Shown: one piece after another, positions 9,948-19,226 of the stretch
Position numbering within the stretch: position 1 is the stretch's first letter
Layout: each line of letters starts with the position of its first letter
Assembly: GCA_018897295.1 (NCBI GenBank)
Contig: JAHILA010000014.1
Span: 67,891-131,890 of the forward strand
Length of the DNA: 64,000 nucleotides
From: Patescibacteria group bacterium
GTDB taxonomy: Bacteria > Patescibacteriota > Minisyncoccia > RBG-13-40-8-A
Reading direction: 5' to 3'
Position numbers and translations under genes: made by a program
Notes under the pieces: model-generated
Told to the model about the DNA's origin: nothing
Database searches by the model: none
Seen by the model: only the letters and a program-made list of their open reading frames with translations

Positions 9948-11720
9948 TTACGGAATATAATATACAAAAATTGAATTGCCGATAATTGTTACTGGTTCGT
10001 ACTTATTGAGCCAGACATAGTAGTCAGTTCTTATTTCAAATCCTTTTGTCGCTATGGCGCGATTCTGCTGCAGAAAAGTTGCGGAAACAGCTAACCAGCT
10101 GTTTTTTGCTTTTTGCGGATCATAATCCGCATGCCATTCTTCAGCTTTGTCTCCTAAATAATATTTCGCATTTGCCCCGCCGAAATAATCGATTTTAATT
10201 TTCTGGATGTTATTTTTCTCAACCCATTCTGCCAGACGTTTTAAATCCTGGCCCCAGTCGAGATTGGAGTCGGTTACATATATATAACCGTTTTTAGCGC
10301 CGCCAATTAATTCGTTAAAATAAGTGAGGTAATAAGGATAGATTGATAAGGATGAAAACGCATACCATGCCAATAAAGTTCCGAGTAGCAGGCAACAAGT
10401 AATAAAAACTCTTTTTTTATTATGGATTTGATTGAATAATTTTTTTATCTGGCCAGAAACAAGAATATAAACAAATGGAAATGTAGGGAGAATATGACGT
10501 ATGCCGATATTTAAATTGCTGGTAATACTTGCGCCCCAATATATGGCTAGAAAAATCAGCATTGCAATTTCTGTAAAATGGTTTTTCAGAAAATTTTCAA
10601 CTTGCCTCGCTGGCAGGCGGGTTTTACGGAACTTAGTTTGCCAAGCCAGGAACAAAAGAGCAATAATGGTTAATATGTGTAGCACTAATGGTTCCTTTAT
10701 GGCATATACAATAGGGAAATAACTCTTCCAACCCTTATTGGTTACATCTCCCAGGAAATAAGTAGTATTTCCGCCAGTTGCTCTTTGGAAAACCATGAAC
10801 AATCCTAGGGCATACTGGGCATACGGCCTCAAAATCGGCTGTTTAGACATCCAAATTGTCAGGTCGCCGATTGGTTTTACTGGAAATTGCGAAGCAATAA
10901 AAGTTGTGTCGGAAATTTGTTTTTCTTGCGGGTAATTATAAGTATGGAACAGATAAACAGGATAAACAAGAATATAGCCGATAATCATAATCAGGGCGAA
11001 TCTAAAAATATAATGAAAAAATGTTTTCCAGAATTGTCTATTTTCCCGCCATTTGATATAGACCCAAATCAGAATCAAGATTCCAAAATAGGGGACAAGC
11101 AAAATCAAAGAGAATTTTATAAGCTGGGCAATGCCAAAAGCTATTCCTGCCCAAAACAGATTTTTCCCGTTTTGGTTCTTCAAATATTTTATGAAGAAAT
11201 AAGAGGCAAAGAAAAATGCGAAAGCAGCGCCGACATCAGTAGTAACATAACGACCGTGCGCTAGGAATGTTGGAGAAAAAGAAAAAAGGAAAACCGCAAG
11301 CAAAGCAGAAAGTTTTCCGTACAATTCTTTTGTCCAACGATAAATGAAAAAACCCAAAAGAATCAGTAGTAGAAGCATTGGAATTCTGGACCAGAAAATA
11401 ATTTTATCAGCGTTGTTATTAGATTCGTATAGAAATTTAAACCCGAAATCCCACTGACTGTTTACTTCGCTTGTCCAGGATTTTAAATCTTTCGGAAAGT
11501 TGATATCATTCATAAAAAGCGCGGGAATGGCTGATAAATCCTTCAATAAAGGCGGGTGTTCCGGATTCAAACGCATATCTTTTTGGGTTAAATAAGAATA
11601 GCCCGCAGGAGTGTGGGCAACTTCGTCCATAATCGCTGATTCCTGTTTTTGGCTGATAGTTGCCAGGACCAGCATTAATAAAACCAAAACTATAGATAAA
11701 ATTGGCGCTAATTTTTTCAT
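9948..11720 (-). CDS. GT39/ArnT/PMT-like membrane glycosyltransferase (polyprenyl-phosphate-sugar dependent)
   Basis: Multi-TM protein with a DEVAHTPAGYSY...EHPPL N-terminal loop motif typical of the ArnT/PMT_2 family; carries an in-frame GC palindrome (LPARQ). Confidence 0.7.
   Translation of the reverse strand: MKKLAPILSIVLVLLMLVLATISQKQESAIMDEVAHTPAGYSYLTQKDMRLNPEHPPLLKDLSAIPALFMNDINFPKDLKSWTSEVNSQWDFGFKFLYESNNNADKIIFWSRIPMLLLLILLGFFIYRWTKELYGKLSALLAVFLFSFSPTFLAHGRYVTTDVGAAFAFFFASYFFIKYLKNQNGKNLFWAGIAFGIAQLIKFSLILLVPYFGILILIWVYIKWRENRQFWKTFFHYIFRFALIMIIGYILVYPVYLFHTYNYPQEKQISDTTFIASQFPVKPIGDLTIWMSKQPILRPYAQYALGLFMVFQRATGGNTTYFLGDVTNKGWKSYFPIVYAIKEPLVLHILTIIALLFLAWQTKFRKTRLPARQVENFLKNHFTEIAMLIFLAIYWGASITSNLNIGIRHILPTFPFVYILVSGQIKKLFNQIHNKKRVFITCCLLLGTLLAWYAFSSLSIYPYYLTYFNELIGGAKNGYIYVTDSNLDWGQDLKRLAEWVEKNNIQKIKIDYFGGANAKYYLGDKAEEWHADYDPQKAKNSWLAVSATFLQQNRAIATKGFEIRTDYYVWLNKYEPVTIIGNSIFVYYIP
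10601..10622. repeat. GC-rich palindromic element copy (CCTCGCTGGCAGGCGGG), in frame within the GT39 gene
   Basis: GC-rich island in an AT-rich gene; encodes RLPARQ; same core as other copies. Confidence 0.5.
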
Positions 11721-11760
11721 ATAGTTTAATTATATCATCTAATGTGGTACAATAGTAGAT

Positions 11761-12135
11761 ATGGAAGAGATATATAAAAATTTTGAGGCAAAAAAAGCCG
11801 AGGCTTTGCAGCAGCCAGAAAACAAAGAAGGAGAGTTGAGTCCGGAAAAACAAAAAGAAATTTTAAAAGAAGCTATTTCCGAGAGAATAACTACAGCCCA
11901 GCCAGTAATTAGCCAGCAGCAAGTTGCTGCGCAGACAGCGCAGAAATTAAAAGACCAGCCAAAAGACAGACAGATTCAGCTTCTGATTGAAATGGCTTTT
12001 GAAAAAGGAATTGTCGAAGCAGTGGAAGTTGCCAAAAATCTTGACAATCCTTATCTTTTGGATGAATTCCACGATGCCTTGGTAGATGAGTTTTATAAAA
12101 AATTAGTCGAACAAGGAAAATTGAAAGCGATATAA
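11761..12135 (+). CDS. hypothetical protein, translationally coupled to the downstream ATPase
   Basis: 124-aa ORF whose stop lies 1 nt before the ATG of the 12137 gene; TACAAT -10-like box just upstream. Confidence 0.45.
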   Translation: MEEIYKNFEAKKAEALQQPENKEGELSPEKQKEILKEAISERITTAQPVISQQQVAAQTAQKLKDQPKDRQIQLLIEMAFEKGIVEAVEVAKNLDNPYLLDEFHDALVDEFYKKLVEQGKLKAI

Positions 12136-12136
12136 T

Positions 12137-14593
12137 ATGGAGACAATGCAATTTATTTATATTGTCAGCGGATTGATTGTACTTCTAATCGGCGGATTGG
12201 CGTTTATTTTGTTAGTTGAAAGATCGAGGGGCAGGGGATTAATTGTCAGGGCTTTGAATATGAGTTTGTTTTTAATCAAGATACCCAGAGAGACAAAAGA
12301 GGACTTGTCATCTGAAGAAAAGAAAAACAGGATTGCTGTAATGGAGCAATTTTTATCAAATTTGGGCTCTTTGAGGGAAAGGGGCTCAAAAATTCAGTTT
12401 TCCTATGGCCAGCCGTATATTGTTTTGGAGATGGCTGTTCCATTTTCTGGCACAGAAATTTCTTTTTATCTCGCGGCTCCCAGGAAATACGAAACATTTC
12501 TGGAAAAACAAGTTTACGGATTTTATCCAAAAGCCATTGTACAAAAGGTTGAAGATTACAATATTTTCAATCCCCAAGGGGCTTGCGCCGGCGGATTTTT
12601 AAAGCTGGAGAAAAACAGTATTTTGCCGATTAAAACTTATAAAGATTTAGAAATTGACCCATTGGAAAACATTTCTACTGCATTGAGCAAGATAGAAGAA
12701 ACCGGCGAGGGCGGGGCATTACAGATTGTTTTAAAGCCATCTCTGAAAAACTGGGATAAATTCGGATTGTCTATAATCAGAAAAATGAATCGGGGCCAAA
12801 GTTTTAATGACGCCATAAAAGGTAAAGAAATAAAAAAGCCCAAAAAAGACGAACCACAGCAAGTTCAACCGCAAGTTACTCCTGATGCCCAGGAAACAAT
12901 AAAATCTTTGCAATCCAAAATATCAAAAACCGGATTTGAGGTGAATATCCGGCTTTTATTTTCAGGAAAAACACAGGAAAGGTCAGAAGAGCTTTTATCC
13001 CATATGGAAGGTTCTTTTTATCAATTCGGCGCGCCTAATCTTAATTCTTTGAGATTGGGAAAGATGAAAAAAAATGGGCTGAAAAAACTTTGCTTCTACT
13101 TCTCATTCAGAGTATTTAGTAAAAAACAAAAAATGATTTTAAATAGTGAGGAGGTCGCAAGTATTTTCCATTTTCCATTAACTTCGCTTAGTTCTCCCAA
13201 AATGAAATGGCTGAAAGCCAAGGAATCAGTTCCGCCGATAAATATTCCCAAAGAAGGCGTATTGCTCGGCAAGAATATTTTTAGGGGCGAGGAAACTGAA
13301 ATCAGAATGGCTGAAAATGACAGGCGTAGGCATTTTTACGTTATTGGGCAAACTGGAACAGGCAAGACAAAATTAATGATTAATATGATTAAGCAGGATA
13401 TTATTAATGGCAAAGGAGTTTGTTTTATTGATCCGCATGGTTCAGATGTTGATGATATTTTGGGAATGATTCCGCCAGAAAGAGCAGAAGATGTTATTTA
13501 TTTTAATCCAGGAGACATTGAAAGGCCAATGGGTTTAAATATGCTTGAATATGACCCGAAATTTCCAGAACAAAAAACTTTTCTTGCTAATGAAATGATA
13601 AATATTTTCAAGAAAATATTTCCTGAAGCGCCAGAAGGAATGGGTCCTGTGTTTCAGCAATATATGAGAGGCGCGTTATTATTGGTTATGGATGACCCAG
13701 AATCAGGAGCAACGCTTTTAGAGGTTCCCAAGGTTTTGGCTGATGCAGAATTCAGAAAATACAAGCTTTCAAAAACAAACAATATTGTAGTTAAAGATTT
13801 TTGGGAAAAGGAAGCTGAAAAGGCAGGAGGAGAGGCCTCGTTGGCAAACATTGTTCCTTATATCACTTCCAAAACAAATATATTTTTAGCAAATGATATT
13901 ATGCGCCCTATTTTGTGCCAGCAGAAAAGCTCTTTTGATTTCAGAAAAATAATGGACGAAAAGAAAATTTTCTTAGCCAACCTATCAAAAGGCAAGATGG
14001 GAGATTTAAATAGTTATCTATTAGGTTTGATTATTGTTGGGAAGTTTTTAATGGGAGCTTTTTCCAGAGTAGATACCCCAGAAGATCAAAGGCCTGATTT
14101 TTATCTTTATATTGATGAATTTCAGAATTTTACAACAGACAGTATTTCAACAATTTTAGCTGAAGCAAGAAAATATAAATTAAATTTAATTATAGCTCAT
14201 CAATTCATTGGGCAATTAGAAGATAAAATTAAAGATGCAGTATTTGGAAATGTCGGTAGTATGGCTGTTTTTAGGGTTGGAGCCAATGATGCAGAGTTCT
14301 TAGTAAAACAATTTGAGCCGGTTTTTAGCGCACAAGATTTATTAAATATTGATAATTTCAATGCTTACTTGAAGCTTTTGATAAATAATACGACCAGCGT
14401 GCCATTCAATATTAAATGCAATCTTCCGGCAAAGGGAGATTCTCGAATTGCAATGAAAATTAAAGAACTTTCACGTATGAAATATGGACGCGAAAAAACA
14501 ATTGTGGATAAAGAAATTTTTGAAAGATCTAAAATTAAAACGGACAATACTCCTGGCGCTGATGTTTTATCAGAAGAAATAAATTTAAAATAA
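12137..14593 (+). CDS. fused membrane N-domain plus VirD4/TraG-like P-loop ATPase (paralog of 4013+5296)
   Basis: N-terminal TM; Walker A GQTGTGKT, Walker B DFYLYIDEFQ, AHQ and FRVGANDAEFL; collinear with the split pair 4013-5299/5296-6834. Confidence 0.65.
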   Translation: METMQFIYIVSGLIVLLIGGLAFILLVERSRGRGLIVRALNMSLFLIKIPRETKEDLSSEEKKNRIAVMEQFLSNLGSLRERGSKIQFSYGQPYIVLEMAVPFSGTEISFYLAAPRKYETFLEKQVYGFYPKAIVQKVEDYNIFNPQGACAGGFLKLEKNSILPIKTYKDLEIDPLENISTALSKIEETGEGGALQIVLKPSLKNWDKFGLSIIRKMNRGQSFNDAIKGKEIKKPKKDEPQQVQPQVTPDAQETIKSLQSKISKTGFEVNIRLLFSGKTQERSEELLSHMEGSFYQFGAPNLNSLRLGKMKKNGLKKLCFYFSFRVFSKKQKMILNSEEVASIFHFPLTSLSSPKMKWLKAKESVPPINIPKEGVLLGKNIFRGEETEIRMAENDRRRHFYVIGQTGTGKTKLMINMIKQDIINGKGVCFIDPHGSDVDDILGMIPPERAEDVIYFNPGDIERPMGLNMLEYDPKFPEQKTFLANEMINIFKKIFPEAPEGMGPVFQQYMRGALLLVMDDPESGATLLEVPKVLADAEFRKYKLSKTNNIVVKDFWEKEAEKAGGEASLANIVPYITSKTNIFLANDIMRPILCQQKSSFDFRKIMDEKKIFLANLSKGKMGDLNSYLLGLIIVGKFLMGAFSRVDTPEDQRPDFYLYIDEFQNFTTDSISTILAEARKYKLNLIIAHQFIGQLEDKIKDAVFGNVGSMAVFRVGANDAEFLVKQFEPVFSAQDLLNIDNFNAYLKLLINNTTSVPFNIKCNLPAKGDSRIAMKIKELSRMKYGREKTIVDKEIFERSKIKTDNTPGADVLSEEINLK

Positions 14594-14615
14594 TAATTAG
14601 TAAAAATTAAGATTA

Positions 14616-15305
14616 ATGAAAAAAAACGATATTATCGCGGTTTTATTTTTGGGCGAAATTGTTGCCTGGTTGATTCTGGCAGTGGCCAAGGGAATTTTGA
14701 ATCCGGATTTGTACGATAAGATTCACGGATTAATAACTATAATCTTGCCGATAATTTTTCCGATTGCGTGTTTGATTTTTCTTTATTTGGCAAGTATAAT
14801 CAGCAAAAAGATTAAAGTTGCTTATGAGGTGGCAAAATTTATTTTGGTTGGCGGATTGAATACTTTGGTTGATTGGGGAGTATTAAGTTTTCTTATTTTT
14901 GCCTTTAAGCGCTCCGGTATTAATTCGGATAAGGTCCTGTTTGAAGTTTTCTCTATAACAATTATTCTTTTTACTTTATTAAAGGCGACCTCATTTATTA
15001 TTGCCACTATTAATAGCTATATTTGGAATAAACTCTGGACATTTAAAAAGAAAACTACAGAAAAATTAGGCAGAGAATTTATACAATTTATAACTGTTTC
15101 GATTATTGGTTTTTTAATTAATGTCGGAATTGCTTCGTCTATTTTTAAATTCATTCCTGCAATGGGGGGATTGAATATAGAGCAGTGGGCTATTATTGCT
15201 GCAGCGATTGCTTCGGCAATCTCAATGACGTGGAATTTTGTAGGTTATAAATTTATCGTATTTAACAAAAAAGATGGCGGAACTAGTGATTTATCGCAAA
15301 TATAG
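14616..15305 (+). CDS. GtrA-like membrane protein (polysaccharide/lipid-linked sugar translocation family)
   Basis: KFILVGGLNTLVDWGVLSFL GtrA-type motif with 4-5 TM helices. Confidence 0.55.
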   Translation: MKKNDIIAVLFLGEIVAWLILAVAKGILNPDLYDKIHGLITIILPIIFPIACLIFLYLASIISKKIKVAYEVAKFILVGGLNTLVDWGVLSFLIFAFKRSGINSDKVLFEVFSITIILFTLLKATSFIIATINSYIWNKLWTFKKKTTEKLGREFIQFITVSIIGFLINVGIASSIFKFIPAMGGLNIEQWAIIAAAIASAISMTWNFVGYKFIVFNKKDGGTSDLSQI

Positions 15306-16389
15306 ACCTCAGAAATTTTCCGAGGTGATTGGCCAGGACCATGTTATAAAAACCCTGACCAGTGCTTTGAATGGCAATAAAGTTGCCCATGCTTATTTAT
15401 TTGCCGGGCCACGCGGAACAGGCAAGACCACAGTGGCTCGGCTTCTGGCAAAAGCAGTGAATTGCCAGGACAATTTCAGTTTTGAGCCGTGCAACAAGTG
15501 CGAATCCTGTTTGGAAATTATGGAAAACAGGGCAATGGACTTAATTGAAATTGACGCTGCTTCAAACAGGGGAATTGATGAAGTCCGGGAATTAAGAGAA
15601 AGAATCAGATTTGCTCCGAGTCGCGGCAAATACAAAGTTTTTGTTATTGATGAAGCGCATCAATTAACTCCAGCTGCTTTTAACGCTCTATTAAAAACAT
15701 TAGAAGAACCGCCTGCCCATGCCATCTTTATTCTTGCCACAACCGAAGCGCATAAAATGCTGCCAACCATTCTTTCGCGCGTCCAAAGATTTGATTTCAG
15801 AAAATTGTCTTTGTTGAATGTAATTAAAAAACTGGAAATGGTTGCTAAAAAAGAAGGGGTTAAAATCAGTGAGAAAGCATTAAGGATTATTGCTTTGAAT
15901 TCTGAAGGGTTTATGCGGGATGCGGAAAGTATGTTGGGGCAGGTGATTGCGTTTTCCGCCTCATCGGCGGACAAGCCCGGCGATAAGGAAATTTCCGTAG
16001 AAGATATTGAAAATATTTTGGGCATTGTTGATATTAATCTGGCAATAAAATTTATTGATTTATTGGCAAAGAAAAATTCCAGCGAAGCCTTGGGCTTTGT
16101 TGATAAATTTGTGAATCAGGGATATGATTTAGTGCAGTTTATCGAGTCATTGATAAACTATTCTAGAAAATTGATGCTTTTAAGGGTTGATAAAGACCTT
16201 TCAAAACTGATAAAAGAAGAAATAAGCGCGGAACAGTTAAATACTGCATTAAGGCAGTCAGAAGAGTTTTCTTTGGCAGAAATTTCAAAAATGATTGATA
16301 TTCTGCTTGAAACTTTATATCGCATGAAGAGTTCTTCTTTCCCGCAAATAAATATGGAATTAGCAGCAGTAGAGATTTGTAATAGGTAA
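15274..16389 (+). CDS. dnaX: DNA polymerase III gamma/tau subunit, short form
   Basis: YRPQKFSEVIGQ, GPRGTGKTT Walker A, CNKCESC zinc module, SRVQRFDF sensor motif; 371 aa lacking tau C-terminal domains. Confidence 0.85.
   Translation: MAELVIYRKYRPQKFSEVIGQDHVIKTLTSALNGNKVAHAYLFAGPRGTGKTTVARLLAKAVNCQDNFSFEPCNKCESCLEIMENRAMDLIEIDAASNRGIDEVRELRERIRFAPSRGKYKVFVIDEAHQLTPAAFNALLKTLEEPPAHAIFILATTEAHKMLPTILSRVQRFDFRKLSLLNVIKKLEMVAKKEGVKISEKALRIIALNSEGFMRDAESMLGQVIAFSASSADKPGDKEISVEDIENILGIVDINLAIKFIDLLAKKNSSEALGFVDKFVNQGYDLVQFIESLINYSRKLMLLRVDKDLSKLIKEEISAEQLNTALRQSEEFSLAEISKMIDILLETLYRMKSSSFPQINMELAAVEICNR
15955..15982. repeat. possible GC palindrome insertion in dnaX (TCCGCC-TCATC-GGCGGA)
   Basis: Perfect 6-bp-arm palindrome plus GCCCGGCG in an otherwise AT-rich gene; encodes SSADKPGD. 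Confidence 0.3.
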
Positions 16390-16404
16390 AATTGAGTTCA
16401 GTCC

Positions 16405-16475
16405 TGCCGGATCGTCTAATGGTAGGACATGGGCCTTTGAAGCCCAGTATCTAGGTTCGAATCCTAGTCCGGCAG
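16405..16475 (+). tRNA. tRNA-Gln (anticodon TTG)
   Basis: Manual cloverleaf: U1:A72, G73 discriminator, anticodon loop CTTTGAA, T-loop TTCGAAT; no encoded CCA; flanked by a 10-bp leader/trailer helix (TTGAGTTCAG / CTGAACTCAA). Confidence 0.75.
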
Positions 16476-16490
16476 GCCTGAACTCAAAAA

Positions 16491-16625
16491 ATTGTGAATC
16501 TAGGTTTGCCCGCCTAGACTCGACTCGCCTCGCTAAAGCTATGGCGAAGCGGGCGTCTAGTCGAGGCTGGAATCCAAGTCCGGCAGCACGAGTCAGCGCG
16601 TTATCGAGGCAGACCGGAGAGCATT
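16491..16625. repeat. GC-rich structured intergenic block of palindromic-element-like sequences downstream of tRNA-Gln
   Basis: GCCCGCCTAGACTCGACTCGCCTCGC ... GCGAAGCGGGCGTCTAGTCGAGGC ... GTCCGGCAG; shares GCTTCG/CGAAGC/GTCGAG/GGCGGG words with the in-gene elements. Confidence 0.5.
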
Positions 16626-16665
16626 AAAAATCGCCTTTTAGGCAATTTTTTGATAGAATAAAAAT

Positions 16666-17832
16666 ATGGATAAAAAAACAAACTTAAAAACCTTATACTT
16701 CATATCCTTTCTTTTAGCTGTCTCAACAGCTTTTCCTGCATATATTCGTTCTTCATTTATTGAAGAATTCGTAGGATTACAATGGTTAGGTATATTTTTT
16801 ATTGCAGCGATGCTTGTAAGCTTAATCGCTATTTTATTCTTTTCGGGATTAATTAAAAAATTAACTAATTATTATCTAAGCATAATAGTTCTAATAGTTA
16901 ATCTTATATCAATCATATTTCTTGTTTTAACTAGTTCTCCTTATCTTTTATTTTTATCCTTTATTCTTTTTACAGTTACTACTGTTTTAATTTGGATAAA
17001 TATGGATGTTTTTATTGAAAGTTGTTCTTTAGATCGTACAACCGGCAAAACAAGAGGCGTTTATTTTACTGTTCTTAATTTTGGATGGGTAATATCTCCT
17101 TTATTAGCTGGTTATTTAATCGGAAACAATAATTATCGTTTAACTTTTATTGTTGCCGGTTTGTTATTAATACCTGTTGTTTTTACTTTATTGATAAAGA
17201 AAAAGCAATTAAAAGATAATTGTGAATACGAGCATCATAATATTTTGTATGTATTTAAGAAATTTCTAAAGAACAAAAATTTAAAAGGAATATTCTTTAT
17301 TGCTTTTTTACTGCAGCTCTTTTTTGCTGTCATGACTATCTATGTGCCAATATATTTGAACCAATATTTAGGTTTTAGCTGGTCCACGATAGGAATTATG
17401 TTTACTTTTATGCTTTTGCCTTACATTTTTTTAGAGCTACCTGCTGGGATTGTTGCTGATAAGCATTTTAGAGAAAAAGAAATATTGATTGTTGGTTTTT
17501 TAATCTTGATAGCTAGTTGCGCTTTATTCTTTTTTACTAAATCTACTAGTGCTATTGTCTGGGCGTTAATATTATTTTTAAGTAGATGCGGAGCTGCTTT
17601 AATTGAGATAATGAGAGAAACATATTTCTTTAAGGTTGTAGATGTTCAACATATCGATTTTATTAATTTTCTTCGCACTAGCGGACCATTATCTTTTATA
17701 TCAACAATGATTTTATTTACATTACTTCTTAATTTTTTTGCAATTCAATATTTATTTATTTTTGTAGCCATTATTCTTCTTTCTGGCATCTATTTTGCTT
17801 GGGGGTTAAAGGATACGAAGCAATTAGGCTAA
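16666..17832 (+). CDS. MFS-type transporter
   Basis: About 12 TM segments and a GKTRGVYFTVLNFGWVISPLLAGYL MFS-like loop motif; very AT-rich coding sequence. Confidence 0.6.
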   Translation: MDKKTNLKTLYFISFLLAVSTAFPAYIRSSFIEEFVGLQWLGIFFIAAMLVSLIAILFFSGLIKKLTNYYLSIIVLIVNLISIIFLVLTSSPYLLFLSFILFTVTTVLIWINMDVFIESCSLDRTTGKTRGVYFTVLNFGWVISPLLAGYLIGNNNYRLTFIVAGLLLIPVVFTLLIKKKQLKDNCEYEHHNILYVFKKFLKNKNLKGIFFIAFLLQLFFAVMTIYVPIYLNQYLGFSWSTIGIMFTFMLLPYIFLELPAGIVADKHFREKEILIVGFLILIASCALFFFTKSTSAIVWALILFLSRCGAALIEIMRETYFFKVVDVQHIDFINFLRTSGPLSFISTMILFTLLLNFFAIQYLFIFVAIILLSGIYFAWGLKDTKQLG

Positions 17833-17916
17833 CCAGCCCAGAATATAAAAAAGTAATCAAGATCCCAAATTTTGGTGATTGGATTGTATAAATCCGGATT
17901 AAGGGCTAAAATAAAG

Positions 17917-18031
17917 TTATGCCCCGTAGTGAATTTTTGACTGGTCCGACGTCCGTCGGACCAAAATACTACAGGCATACATAATGATTAATTTTTAATT
18001 AGTCAAAAATCTACTACAGGGTATGAGTGTG
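17917..18031 (+). repeat. inverted-repeat leader element copy 1 (upstream of tyrS), ends at the start codon
   Basis: TTATGCCCCGTAGTGAATTTTTGACT ... TTAATTAGTCAAAAATCTACTACAGGGTATG; near-identical copy at 52931-53012; contains an internal perfect palindrome GGTCCGACG-TC-CGTCGGACC. Confidence 0.6.
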
Positions 18032-19207
18032 AAAATAGATGAAAACAAAATAGAAGAGATATTAACCCGCGGGGTAAGCGAGGTAATTGACCTAAAACAC
18101 TTGCGCGGGAAATTGATGTCTGGCAAAAAATTAAGGGTGAAACTTGGAATTGACCCCACCAGCCCCAATATTCATATTGGCAGAGCAGTTACATTGTTGA
18201 AAATGAAGGACTTTCAGGAGCTTGGCCACGAGATTATTTTTGTTATAGGCGACTTTACGGGCATGGTAGGCGATACTTCTGACAAAGATTCCGAAAGGCC
18301 GATGCTTTCCGGAGAACAGGTTAAGAAAAATATGAAAAATTATGTTGAGCAGGCAGGAAAGATTATCAATGTTAAAAAAGCCAAAATCGAACATAATTCA
18401 AAATGGCTTAAAAAACTTAATTTTGGCGAGATTAGTAAGTTAGCAAACCAATTTTCATTAGGAGAATTTATTGCCAGAGAAAATATCAGAAAAAGATTAG
18501 TAGAAGAAAAACACATTTCTCTAAGAGAATTACTATATCCTTTATTGCAAGGATATGACAGTATTGCAATCAAAGCAGATGTTGAACTTGGCGGGACAGA
18601 CCAAAGATTTAATTTATTAGCAGGCAGGACATTGCAAGAACATTATGGCCAGGAAGCGCAGGACATTTTAATGACTAATCTAATTTTGGGAACTGATGGC
18701 AGGAAAATGAGCTCAAGTTGGGGGAATACAATTAATGTTACAGACGAGCCAAAAGATATGTTCGGAAAAGTGATGAGCATTTCAGATGATTTGATTATTA
18801 CTTATTTTGTGCATTGTACCCGCATTGATATGGATAAAATCAGGGAATATGGAAAAAAACTTTTACTGGAAATAACTAACCCGCGCGATATCAAGATGGA
18901 ATTGGCTTTTGAAATCGTAAAAATCTATTGGGGAGAAAAAGGCGCAGAAAAGGGCAAAAAATATTTTGTTTCGGTTTTCCAGAAAAAAGATTTACCGGAC
19001 GAAATCCAGAAATATAAATTAGCAGGAAGGGATATTGTTGATGTTTTGGTTGAAACAAAACTGGCAACGAGCAGAGGAGACGCAAAAAGACTGATTGAGC
19101 AGGGCGGGATTGAAATTGACGGCGAAGAAATAAAATCGATTGACATCACAGTTAATCGAGGAAGCGTAATTCAGAAAGGCAAGAGGTTCTTTGCAAAGAT
19201 AATTTAG
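18023..19207 (+). CDS. tyrS: tyrosyl-tRNA synthetase
   Basis: HIGH-type motif PNIHIGR, KMSSS motif, C-terminal S4-like domain (DAKRLIEQGGIEIDGE). Confidence 0.85.
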   Translation: MSVKIDENKIEEILTRGVSEVIDLKHLRGKLMSGKKLRVKLGIDPTSPNIHIGRAVTLLKMKDFQELGHEIIFVIGDFTGMVGDTSDKDSERPMLSGEQVKKNMKNYVEQAGKIINVKKAKIEHNSKWLKKLNFGEISKLANQFSLGEFIARENIRKRLVEEKHISLRELLYPLLQGYDSIAIKADVELGGTDQRFNLLAGRTLQEHYGQEAQDILMTNLILGTDGRKMSSSWGNTINVTDEPKDMFGKVMSISDDLIITYFVHCTRIDMDKIREYGKKLLLEITNPRDIKMELAFEIVKIYWGEKGAEKGKKYFVSVFQKKDLPDEIQKYKLAGRDIVDVLVETKLATSRGDAKRLIEQGGIEIDGEEIKSIDITVNRGSVIQKGKRFFAKII

Positions 19208-19226
19208 ATATGTTATACTGGTTTTC

